A stretch of 64,000 nt of DNA from Mobula hypostoma (taxonomy: Eukaryota). Made by a program: the position numbers and the translations under genes. The DNA lies in NCBI RefSeq assembly GCF_963921235.1, contig NC_086097.1:202680001-202744000 (forward strand). Direction: 5' to 3'. Shown one piece after another: positions 36,428 to 47,454 of this stretch; position 1 is the first letter of the stretch; every line of letters begins with the position of its first letter. Under the pieces are notes generated by a model. That model saw only the letters and a program-made list of their open reading frames with translations. It did no database searches and had not been told where the DNA came from.

Positions 36428-37335
36428 TGTACTGATGACACGACAGTGGTGGGGCTCATCATCAACAATAATGAGATGGCCTACAGAAAAGAGGTAGAAG
36501 AGCTCGAGACGGTGTAAGGCAAATAACCTCTTCATTAATGTCAACAAGACAAAGGAGATGGTTATCAACTTCAGTAAACTCATACAACTCATACCCCCCT
36601 TTACAATGGTGGTACAGCAGTGGAAACTGCAAGCAGTTACAAACTCCTGGGAGTGCACATCTTACACAATCTCTCATGGTCCCAGCATACATCCTACACA
36701 GTCAAGAAAGCTCACCAATGCCTCTACTTTCTGAGGAGACTGAAGAGAACCGGACTTGCACATCTCTACTTGTGTCATTCTACAGATGCATGGAAGAGAG
36801 CAGCCTAACAAGCTGCATCACTGCTTGATATGGAAACTGCAGTGCGGCGGACAGGAAGGCTCTACAGTGGGTAGTCAAAACTGCCCAACGTTTCACTGGC
36901 ACCAGTCCTCCGACCATCAAGAACATATGTACAGAAAGGTGCTGGAAAAGGGTCAGTAACATCATGAAGGATCCTACACGCCCTGCTCATGTACTGTTTA
37001 TCCCACTCCCATCAGGGAGGAAGCTACATCTGCCAGAAACACCAGATTCAAAAGCAGTTAATTTTCCCAAGCAGTAAGGTTGATCAACACATCCACCCAT
37101 TAACTTCACCACTACTTTATTCTTTCCCATCAGTCACCTTATGTACAGCCTGGCATCACTTTATGGACATACAATCGATCTATGTATATAAGCTATCTTG
37201 TGTATTTATATTGTGTGTTTTTTAAATTATTTGTTCTTTATATCATTACTATTTTTGTGTGCTGCATTGGATCCAGAATAACAATTATTTTGTTCTCTTT
37301 ACTCTTGTTTTCAGGAAATTATATTAAATAAATTT
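36428..37335 (+). mobile_element. Rex1/Babar-like LINE 3' fragment
   Basis: Motifs DDTTVVGLI, NVNKTKEMVINF, KKAHQCLYFLRRLKR and ESSLTSCITA are present. Confidence 0.82.
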
Positions 37336-37455
37336 GAATATATTCATTGTTCTGTGGCCTTACAATCAATTTTAAAATAGTGGATTTTGACATGGTCTTA
37401 TGCATGGAGTTTCTTTCAGGATAAATCTAACTTAAAATTATTTCATCTTCTTCAG

Positions 37456-37556
37456 GGGAGGACTAGCAGAAAGGTTAAACAGACTACTATGCAGAGAGAG
37501 GTCTGCCATCAATTTTTGGAGGCATCAGTCTTTAACTGATTCCAGACTTCAAAGAG
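37456..37556 (+). CDS. SPIDR: Next internal coding exon of SPIDR (101 nt)
   Basis: The acceptor is tttcatcttcttcag| and the donor is G|gtatgt. It encodes (R)GGLAERLNRLLCRERSAINFWRHQSLTDSRLQR(G), matching the recalled SPIDR segment RGGLAERLNxLQxRERSAIxxWRHQ. The intervening GT-AG intron is 22597-37455 (14,859 bp). Confidence 0.9.
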
Positions 37557-38516
37557 GTATGTCTCTTTACAGAAGAGGGTTCTATCTGAATTTACATTTT
37601 CAACCACATATCTTATGCTTCCTGAGGTTTGTGTTACTTTTGAAAAGTCTCCTTGCTTGAGTGTGTTCTAAGTATATTTATAAACTGGTTTGTGACTTTG
37701 TATGGCATCTCGATAGGTACAGGACTTCTGGTTCTGAATCAGAAGCTAGTACAGTGCTTTTCTGGGCATGAACCTAACAAAACCTTTTCAGAACAGTGTA
37801 TTTGTATTGTAACTTGTTGTTTTCTATTATTGTAATAATGAAGTTGGACATTAAATATGCAATGGCATTTGCAGCAGAAAGCAATTATAATTGTCTCAAG
37901 ATGTATTGTTATTTGTAGGATTTTTAGTGAACAGATATTCATTACATTTCTCAATTAACCTTGTTTGAAAAGCATATTGTAGTAATGCCAGTGCACTTTT
38001 TGGAACAATTCAAGATGGAGAAAAAACTTCTTGGAGCAAATATAATTACAGGTTCAATCGATATAATGGCGAGACTGTCATCATCTGGGCAAATTGCACT
38101 GTGAAACAGACATCAACTTCGGGATTTCAGCAGATGTCTATTTGAAGTTGCCATCAATGATTCATCAATGCTGCGTTGGTTGTGTTATGCAATCTTCATA
38201 GTGATTATGAGAAACAAACAAAATATTTAAACTGTCAGGTAGTTATGTGTTTTTATTACTATAAATAAATTTCCAATATACCTTCTTGTTTCAAGATATA
38301 TCAGGGAGTTTTTAGTAGTATACTAATTCAGCAGAGGAAAAAAAAAGCACACCAGGCATAATCTCTGGAAAGGGAAAGTTAATGTTTCAGATCTGGGATC
38401 CTGTCTCTGAAGTCCGGACATAAGAATCGGGTTTATTATCACTGGCATACGTATGTTGTGAAATTTACTGTTTTGTTGTAGCTGTACTGTGCAAGACATA
38501 AATTTGCTGGAATTTA

Positions 38517-39613
38517 CCATAAGACCATAAGACAAAGGAGCAGAAGTAGGCCATTCGGCCCATCGAGTCTGCTCTGCCATTTTATCATGAGCTGATCCAT
38601 TTTCTCCTATTTAGTCCCACTCCCCTGCCTTCTCTCCATAACCTTTGATGCCCTGGCTACTCAGATACCTATCAATCTCTGCCTTAAATACACCCAATGA
38701 CTTGGCCTCTACTGCTGCCCGTGGCAACAAATTCCATAGATTCACCACCCTCTGACTAAAAAAATTTCTTCGCATTTCTGTTCTGAAAGGGTGCCCTTCA
38801 ATCCTTAAGTCATGCCCTCTCGTACTAGACTCCCCCATCATGGGAAACAACTTTGCCACATCCACTCTGTCCATGCCTTTTAACATTTGAAATGTTTCTA
38901 TGAGGTCTCCCCCATTCTTCTAAACTCCAAGGAATACAGTCCAAGAGCGGACAAACGTTCTTCATAAGTTAACCCTCTCATTCCTGGAATCATTCTAATG
39001 AATCTTCTCTGTACCCTCTCCAACGTCAGCACATCCTTTCTTAAATAAGGAGACCAAAACTGCCCACAGTACTCCAAGTGAGGTCTCACCAGCGCCTTAT
39101 AGAGCCTCAACATCACATCCCTGCTCCTATACTCTATTCCTCTAGAAATGAATGCCAACATTGCATTCGCCTTCTTCACTACTGACTCAACCTGGAGGTT
39201 AACTTTAAGGGAATCCTGTACGAGGACTCCCAAGTCCCGTTGCTTCTCAGAACTTTGAATTCTTTCCCCATTTAAATAATAGTCTGCCCGTTTATTTTTT
39301 CTGCCAATGTGCATAACCATACACTTTCCAACATTGTACTTCATTTGTCACTTCTCTGCCCATTCTTCCAATCTATCCAAGTCTCTCTGCAGACTCTCCG
39401 TTTCCTTAGCACTACTGGCCCCTCCACCTATCTTCGTATCGTCAGCAAACTTAGCCACAAAGCCATGTATTCCAGAATCTAAATCGTTGATGTACAATGT
39501 AAAAAGAAGCGGCCCCAACACTGATCCCTGTGGAACACCACTGGTAACCGGCAGCCAACCAGAATAGGATCCCTTTATTCCCACTCTCTGTTTCCTACCA
39601 ATCAGCCAACGCT
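38517..39613 (-). mobile_element. Young 5'-truncated CR1 LINE
   Basis: It has a (cataagac)n tail. ORFs 38611-38886, 38898-39344 and 39348-39698 form the RT C-terminal half. Confidence 0.92.
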
Positions 39614-40710
39614 GATTACACAAATAAATAAATAGTATAATAAATAGTAATAAATACACCAGCAGCCGGTGGTGTGGTGGCATCAAACCATAAAACATAG
39701 GAGCAGAATTAGGCCTTTTGGCCCATCAAGTCTGCTCCACCATTCCATCATGGCTGATCCTTTTTTTCTCCTCCTCAAACCCACTTCGCGGCCTCCTCCC
39801 TGTAAACTTTGATGACATGTCCAGTCAAGAACCTATCAATCTCTGCCTTAAATACACCCAACGACCTGACCTCCGCAGCTGCATGTGGCAACAAATTCCA
39901 CAAATTTACCACCCTCTGGCTAAAGAAATGTCTCCGCATCTCTGTTTTGAATGGATGCCCCACTATCCTGAGGCTGTGTCCTCTTGTCCTAGACTCTCCC
40001 ACCACGGGAAACATCCTTTCCACAACTACTCTGTCTAGTCCTTTCAACATTAGAAAGGTTTCAATGAGATCCCCTCTTATCCTTCTAAATACCAGCAAGT
40101 ACAGACCCAGAGCCATCCAACGTTCCTCGTATGATAACCCTTTCATTCCTGAAATCATCTTTGTGAACCTCCTCTGGACCCTCTTCAATGCCAGCACATC
40201 TCTTCTAAGATGAGGAGCTCAAAACTGTTCACAATACTCAAGGTGAGGCCTCACCAGTGCCTTATAAAGTCTCAGCATCACATCCCTGCTCTTGTATTCT
40301 CTTCCACACCATTGACTCAACCTGCAAGTTAACGTTCAGAGTCTTCTGCACAAGGACTCCCAAGTCCCTTTGCATCTCAGATTTTTGGATTTTCTCCCTG
40401 TTTAGAAAATAGTCTGCACATTTACTTCTACTACCAAAGTCCATGACCATGCATTTTCCAACATTGTATTTCATTTGCCACTTTCTTGCCCAGTCTCCTA
40501 ATCTGTCTAAGTCCTTCTGCGTCCTACCTGTTTCCTCCGCGCTACCTGCCCCTCCAACAATCTTTGTATCATCTGCAAAATGCATGCATTACTAAATGAC
40601 AGTAAAAGAGGCAAACAACAGGAATTCTGCAGATGCTGGTAACTCAAGCAACACACATCAAAGTTGCTGGTGAACGCAGCAGGCTAGGCAGCATCTCTAG
40701 AAAGAGGTAC

Positions 40711-40746
40711 AGTCGACGTTTCAGGCCGAGACTCCTCGTCAGGACT
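40711..40746 (-). ncRNA. Minimal hammerhead (core intact, stem II weakened)
   Basis: The minus strand reads AGUC-CUGACGA-GGAgucucggCCU-GAAAC-GUC/GACU. Confidence 0.65.
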
Positions 40747-40836
40747 AACTGAAGGAAGAGTTGTCTGTCTCCTATCATTTTGGATCTCCCCCTCCCCCTC
40801 CCACTTTCAAATCTCTTACTAACTCTTCCTTCAGTT

Positions 40837-40872
40837 AGTCCTGACGAAGGGTCTCGGCCTGAAACGTGGACT
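40837..40872 (+). ncRNA. Minimal hammerhead with a mutated cleavage triplet (GUG), predicted inactive
   Basis: It reads AGUC-CUGACGA-AGGgucucggCCU-GAAAC-GUG-GACU. G at position 17 (40868) violates the NUH rule. Confidence 0.7.
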
Positions 40873-42059
40873 GTACCTCTTCCTAGAGATGCTGCCTGGC
40901 CTGCTGCATTCACCAGCAACTTTGATGTGTATTGCGACAATAAAAGAGGACTGTGTCTCTTCATAATCTAAAAAATTGGCAACAAAGCCATCTACTTCAT
41001 CATCTAAATCATTTATATACAGCATAAAAAGAAGTGGTCCCAACACTGACCCCTGCAGAACACCACTAGTCACTGGCAGCCAACCAGAAAAGGATCCTTT
41101 TATTCCCATTTGCTGCCTCCTTCCAACCAGCCAATGCTCTAACCATGTTAGTACCTTTCCTGTAATACCACGGGCTCTAAACTTGGTAAGCAGTCTCACG
41201 TGTGGCACCTTGTCAAAGGCCTTCTCAAAGTCCAAATATACAACATCCACTGCATCCCCTTTGTCTATCCTATTTGTAATCTCCTCAAAGAATTCCAACA
41301 GGTTTGTCAGGCAGGAGTTTCTCTGAAGGAAATCATGCTGACTTTGTACTATCATGTCCTGTGTCACCAAGTACTCCATCACCTCGTCCTTAACAATTGA
41401 CTCTTAACATCTTCCTAACCACTGAGGTCAGGCGAATTATTGGTCAATAATTTCTTTTCTGCTGCCTTCCTCTTCACTCAAAGAGTGGAGTAACATTTGC
41501 AATTTCCAGTCCTCTGGCACCATGCCAGAGTGCAATGATCTTGATCTTTGAAAGATCATTGCTAATGGCACCACAATCTCCAAAGCTACCTTTTTCAGAA
41601 CCTTAGGGTGCAGTTTATCTGGTCCGGTGACTTATGTACTTTTAGGTCTTTCAGCTTTTTGAGCACCTTCTCTCTTGTAATAGTAACTGCACCCACTTCT
41701 CTTACTTCATGCACTACAACATCTGGCACACTGCTAGTGTCTTCCACTGTGAAGAATGAGGAAAATACTCATTTAGTTCATCTGCCATCTCCTTGTCCCC
41801 CATTATTACTTCTCCTGCTTCATTTTCTAGTGATCGATAATCCACTCTCGTATTTCTTTCATTTTTTACTGACTTGAAAAAGCTTTTGCAATCTACTTTG
41901 ATATTATCTTGCTAGCTTGCTTTCATATTTCATCTTTTTCCTTCTAATGATTCTTGTAGTTGCTCTCTGTAGGTTTTTAAAAGCTTTCCAAACCTTTGTG
42001 TTCCCAGCAGTTGGCTTGGAGGTGGATGGTCCTGACTTTGAGTCTGGATGGGTCCTGAC

Positions 42060-42199
42060 CTGGTCAGCAGCAGTATGGCTATGAATGAAAGGCCTGGCAA
42101 TCTACTTCCATTTCTTGCCATGAAAACCCAGTGGACATCTAGGCTATCCATAGGGTCACCATGAGTCGATGGGAACGCGACGGCGCTGAACAACAACAG
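42060..42199 (+). mobile_element. RTE-related SINE/LINE 3' end
   Basis: gggtcaccatgagtcga...gacggcgctg followed by (aac)n resembles RTE-clade 3' tails. Confidence 0.5.
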
Positions 42200-42204
42200 A
42201 AGAC

Positions 42205-42560
42205 AAATGGGTTCATGTTCATGGAATGTTCATAAATCTGATGGTGGAGGGAAAGATATTGTTCTTAAAACATTGAGTCTGGGCTTTTAGGCTCCTGAAC
42301 TGATGGTAGTAAGGCAAAGAGGGCATGTCACAGATGCAGAGGATCTTTAGTGATGGATGCTGTCCTGTTGAAGATGTCCTTGACGGTGAGGAGAGTTGTG
42401 CCCATGATGGAACTAGTTGATTCTACAAGCTTCTGCAGCCTCTTGCAACCCCTGTGCGCTGGAGGCTCCATACCAGGCAGTAACAACATATGAAATCTCC
42501 TCAAACTCCTAATTAAGTAGAGCCACTGGTGTACCTTGTTTGTGATTGTGACAACACACA
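42205..42560 (-). mobile_element. Rex-like LINE fragment
   Basis: ORF 42328-42561 carries KVHQWLYLIRSLRRF and KRLQKLVE...IMGT. Confidence 0.65.
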
Positions 42561-43810
42561 ACCGGCCGATCTATCTCACTCAGCTACCATGCTAGGTTTT
42601 GAATTCAACTGATCTGTCTAGCTTGCTGAGTAATTCCAGCATTTTCTGTCTTGATTTCAGACTTTCAGCAACTTTAGCTTGTTTATTTTTCTAATAAAAT
42701 AAACTGATCTACTTTGCAGAATTAAGTAAAAGACAATGCAGTGAAGAAATGATTGATGCTTATCAGTTTTCTATTGGTATCTCATGAACGATATATGAAG
42801 TTATGAGAAGAGAACAAATAATATGTGTTGAAAGAAACAACAAATATCTGAAGCTTGTTACATGAAAGTTTTGGTGGCAGCACACAGTTTAAAATAGCAA
42901 TGTGGTTCAATATTCTAGTGCAATTTTCTGTTCTCCCCGACTCCTAGATTCTGATGAACTGTTTATTTAGATGAATAAACTTGCATCTTGTCAACTGATA
43001 GACTTGCTGTGCAACTTAGAAATTTGTGAGACATTGCTAAAACTTCCACTTGGTCAGAAGAGGTTGAAATATATAATCTTCCATTTAAAAATTAAACTAA
43101 CACATAAAAAATTGAGTCAGAATTTGAATTTTCATATTTTAGTCCCACTCCAGGATTTCAAAGCATAATATAGACTGATCAATAAATGCAGTTCTGAGAA
43201 TAAGTTGCTTTCTTCAGTCATCATGTTTTTCAGCAGAGGTACTAAAAAAAGACTACATCTTTTCAAGTAGACGTGGTGTGGCAATAACTGCTCTCAGTAT
43301 CCTAGCTTACATTCATCTTTGAAGCATTGGCAAAAGCTAGTTGGCTGGAGTATGCATTGTCACTGAGGAACAGCAGAAGTAGGGTTAAGGTTTCTTTTTG
43401 TGGAAGTATCTACTACTAGGGGTCACTGTTAAGATGAGAGATTGCCTATTTCCCATCTTAACGGATGAGAACAAAAATGGTCATGACTGTCAAAAACACT
43501 TGGCTATTGAAGAGGGTGCACCTTGCTGAATGAAAAGAAGTGAGCTTTTCATCAGAGTCTAAAGTCATCAGAACGGCTCTAACTGATGTTGAGTGCTGGG
43601 AAAGTGGGGTGTGTACTTGTGTAAATCAGACCAGAAAACCTGTTGGATTACATTTGGTTTATTTAAGAAAACCTGTGAAGTAGAAAGGAAAATCTGAGCA
43701 GAGCTGGGTCATCATTTTTTTGTTAACAAAATTAAAGGAGTTTTTGGATCAACATCTTTCCTCTATGGATTTAGTTACTGGTTAGAATGCTGATAAGCAG
43801 CAGCAATAAA

Positions 43811-44116
43811 AGCGGCAAAGTAGGCAAATGCATCATTTTACAGTGCCAGCAATCACCAGTTGGAGTTCAATCCCTGCTGCTGCCTGTAAGGGGTTTTTAC
43901 TTTCTCCCCGTGACTGCATGGGTTTCATTTGGACTATCTGTTTTCCTTCATTTGCAAAGATGATTGGTTAGAGTTAGAGAGTCGTGGGCATGCTATGTTG
44001 GCACCGGAAGTGTGGCAACACTTATGGGCTGCCCAGCACAATCATTGATCATTTGATTTGACACAAAAGACATATTTCACTTGGTTTTGATGTACCTGTG
44101 ACAAATAAATCTAATA
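43811..44116 (+). mobile_element. tRNA-derived SINE (V-SINE-like)
   Basis: It has a B-box-like gagttcaatccc, the central tctccccgtgactgcatgggtttc motif and a 3' tail tgtgacaaataaa. Confidence 0.65.
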
Positions 44117-44344
44117 TTTTTAATCATTACTTCTCACATGAGTTTTGTGGAAAAATGCTGGATGGTAGTCAGTTATTTCTACCCCCAGGAATAGTGAAAA
44201 ATTGGAGAAGACATCACAGACACCCCACAGCACTTCTTTGTAATGACTGAATTATATCAGAATGTGGCTGACCAGAATGGTACAAACTCCATTATTTTAA
44301 TCCATTCTGAAATTTTGCTGAGCATTGGGAAGGACTGGCGTCCT

Positions 44345-44778
44345 CAGATCAAAAATTAGTGGATACAGCCCAGTCTATCCTGGGTAAAAACCTCCCCACC
44401 ATCGATCACATGTACATGGAACACTGTCACAGGAAAGCAGTATCTCGCATCAAGGACCCCCACCACCTGGGACATGTTCTCTTCTCGCTGTTACCATTAC
44501 TGAACTGCTCCCACAATCTATAGACTCACTTTCAGGGACACTTCATCAGTAGTTATTCCTTATTGATTGATTGACTTATTATTTCTCTTTTTTCTTTTTT
44601 GTATTTGCACAGTTTGTTGCCTTTTGCACACTGATTGTTTGTCCATTCTGTTGGGTGTGGTCTTTTCATTGATTCTATTGTGTTTTTGTATTTACTGTGA
44701 AAGCTTGCAGAAAATTAATCTTGGGGTTGTATATGGTGATATGTATGTACTTTGATAATAAAATTACTTGAACTTTGA
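44345..44778 (+). mobile_element. Rex-like LINE 3' fragment
   Basis: It includes atcaaggacccccaccacctgggacatg and a (ttgaac)n tail, complementary to the 30541 tail. Confidence 0.68.
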
Positions 44779-45551
44779 GTTGCTCTGAGCAGGTATTCTC
44801 TCATAGATGGTGGATTTATGGGAAGAGGCAAAGAATGTCATTTTAAGAATGTAAAATGAAATTTGCATCAAAAGTTACGCTAATAATTGTAACATTTGGT
44901 CCTTCTGCCAATATAAGTTAGTATTTAATTGTGATATTTGGGGGAAAGAGAATCCAAATATCAATTCAACTTTGATGATTTGGACTGTTTATGAAAGTGA
45001 GAAAATAGTGGATGTTTATTCTGTATGAATGTTTCCCTGTTTAAAAAAACATGTTTTACTGTATTTTTTAAAAAGTGCAACAAATTGTATGTTCTTCTCA
45101 AATGATTTCTTATTGCTTCTGTACATTGCATATCCATGCACTGTAGGGAAAAAAAATCCAGATTTCATTTAACATGTTGAATTGAGGAGGACAAAGTTCT
45201 TTCCACTTATCAGCAAAATTCTGGTGAACTTGTTGACTGATAGCTTGCAGCATTCCATAGTAATGTGTTCCAGTATAGTTTGTGTTTTTCCATTTACAGA
45301 ACAACATGTAACTTGCCAGCGCACTCTCATCAGGTCTTGACTTGCATTGTATCCATTTAACTTTATAGAACCTTGTATCATTAGGACTAAATATCAGAGA
45401 TCCAAAGATAAACTATGTTGATTTTATTTTTAAACCTCCCATCTTATAATATGTACAGCTTATTAATAAATATTAACTTTCTCTCCCATTCTTCCCCAGC
45501 CACATCAGCCATTACATTTACCTCATGTACAAAATGATGCAGTTTGTGACA

Positions 45552-46525
45552 TCAAAAAGAGTGTAGATGCTGGAATCTGGAGCTGTAAACATTATCCTGG
45601 AGGCACACTGAGGGTTGAGCAGCATTTCGTGGAGGTGGCAGAGTGAGTGAGGAAATGTTAATATTTTGGGTTGAAACCGTTCATGAGGAGATGGCCAGTA
45701 AAAATAGAAGAAGACGAGTAATGAGACAGAATCTGGAGGTGGTTGTTGGACCAATAGGTGGGCGAAAGATGCTGGGCAGATCAAGCTAGGTCTTGGTAGG
45801 TTGGAGTTGGGATACAGAGTCAGGTGGATGATAGAAGGAGGAAAACAAAATAAAAGAGTATGATGGAGCTGGAAGGAGGGTGTGGAGGGTGATGGCAAGA
45901 CAGCTGCTGGGGAGCGATAAGTCGGAACACAAAGACAACCAGTCCTGGAGTCTAATAAATAAGGAAGATGATAATGGGAGATATCAGGCCTTCTATTATA
46001 TCTGAAATATCCTCCTTTCTCAGAAAACATAACTGCCTTTCCACTGTGATTAATGGAGCCATCTGCCCTCTGTTCTCTGAACGGCTTTCATCAACCTAAC
46101 ATCAGATAATAGGGATAGTCCTCACCTTCCACCCAACCAGCCTCTGCATCGAGCACATCATCCTTCATCGTTTCTACCAGCTGAAACAAGATCTCACCAC
46201 TAGCCAAATCTTCTCCTCTCCCACTGCATTCTGCCTTTTGTGGGAACACCTCTGCGGGAACACCTCTGCAGGAACACCTTGTTCTATCCACCTGGAACAC
46301 CTGCTCTGCTCATCCCTCTTCACCCATCCCTCCTCTCACATCCCCTCCTGACTTCTGGCACTTTCTCCTGCAACTGCAGGAGGTGCAAAACTTACTCCTA
46401 CACCAACTGCTCATCAACTATTTAGGGTTCTAAGCAACTCTTTAAGGGAGGTAAAGATTAATTTCCATCTCCTCCAACCTCATCTACTACATTTGATGCT
46501 CCTGACATGACCTCTTGTACATCAG
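45552..46525. mobile_element. Two degraded Penelope-like pieces in opposite orientation
   Basis: 45552-45940 is a pLTR with a purine tract (minus). ~46030-46525 is coding-like sequence (ctcaccttccacccaaccagcctc, plus) matching the complement of 20500-20750. Confidence 0.6.
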
Positions 46526-46611
46526 CAAGGTCAAGTGACACCATAAGACAAAGAGACAGCATTTGGTCATTCAGCCCATTGAGTCTACTCTGCCATTCAT
46601 TCATGTCTGAT

Positions 46612-47452
46612 TCAAAACTCCAACTAAATTTATTATTGAAGTACGTGTATATCACCAAATACAACTCTGAGATTCATTATCTTGCAGGTATTCATAGTAA
46701 GTACAAGAAGCACAACAGAATCATTGAAAGACCACATCCGAGAGGATGGACAAATAATGTGGAAAGGACACCAAAATGTGCAAATACAAAGATAAATAAT
46801 ATTAAATAAATTGGCAATAAATATTTCCAACACGAGATGAAGAATTATTGAATAGGAGTCCATAAGTTGTGTGATTGGGAGAGTGACATTATCCTCTGGA
46901 TCAGGAGTCTGATGGTTGAAGGGTAAATACTGTTCTAGAACCTGCTGGTGTGGTTCCTGAGGCCCCTTTCTGATGGCAACAGTGAGAAGAGAGCATTGCC
47001 TGGATGGTGAGAATCCAGATGTGCTCAATGGTGGGGAGAGCTTTAACTGATGGACTGGGCCATATCCACTACCTTTTGCAGGATTTTTGGTTCGTGGGCA
47101 TTGCTATTTCCATACCAGCCCGTGATATAATCAATGAATACACTCTCCAGTGCACATTTATAGACTTTTGTCAAAGTTTTAGATAATACGCTGAAAATTC
47201 TCAAACTTCTATAAAAGTAAAGGCACTGCCTTGCTTTCTGCGTAATGACACTTACATGCTGGAACCAGAACAGATCCTGTGATACCTGCTGACCCTCTCC
47301 ACCTCTGATCACCTTCCTCCTCCTAAAGTCAATAAGCAGCTGCTTGGTTTTGCTGACATTGAGTGAGTGAGTGAGAGGTTGTTGTTGTGGCACCGCTCAG
47401 CCATTTTTTCAATCTTCCTCCAATATGCTGATTCATCATCATCATTGATTTG
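46612..47452 (-). mobile_element. Rex-like LINE 3' fragment
   Basis: ORF 47043-47393 reads LNVSKTKQLLIDFRR...KARQCLYF...ITGWYGN. Confidence 0.75.
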
Positions 47453-47454
47453 GC

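Larger units (their letters stand above)
40612..40935. mobile_element. Fold-back Penelope pLTR insertion with a 14-bp target-site duplication and two opposed hammerheads
   Basis: It starts with the same CAAACAACAGGAATTCTGCAG as the 32651 insert. Flanks are GACAGTAAAAGAGG (40598-40611) and GACAATAAAAGAGG (40936-40949). Confidence 0.88.
39686..42006 (-). mobile_element. CR1 LINE fragment with nested inserts at 40581-40970
   Basis: RT motifs DFEKAFDKVPH, GVLQGSVLGP and FADDTK are present, with the ANFADD region split by the insert. Confidence 0.9.

Noticed and set aside
46242..46302. GGAACACCT(CTGC) repeated four times as a CRISPR-like or regulatory array
   Set aside because: It is a short slippage-type tandem duplication inside a Penelope remnant, with no spacer structure and a vertebrate context.
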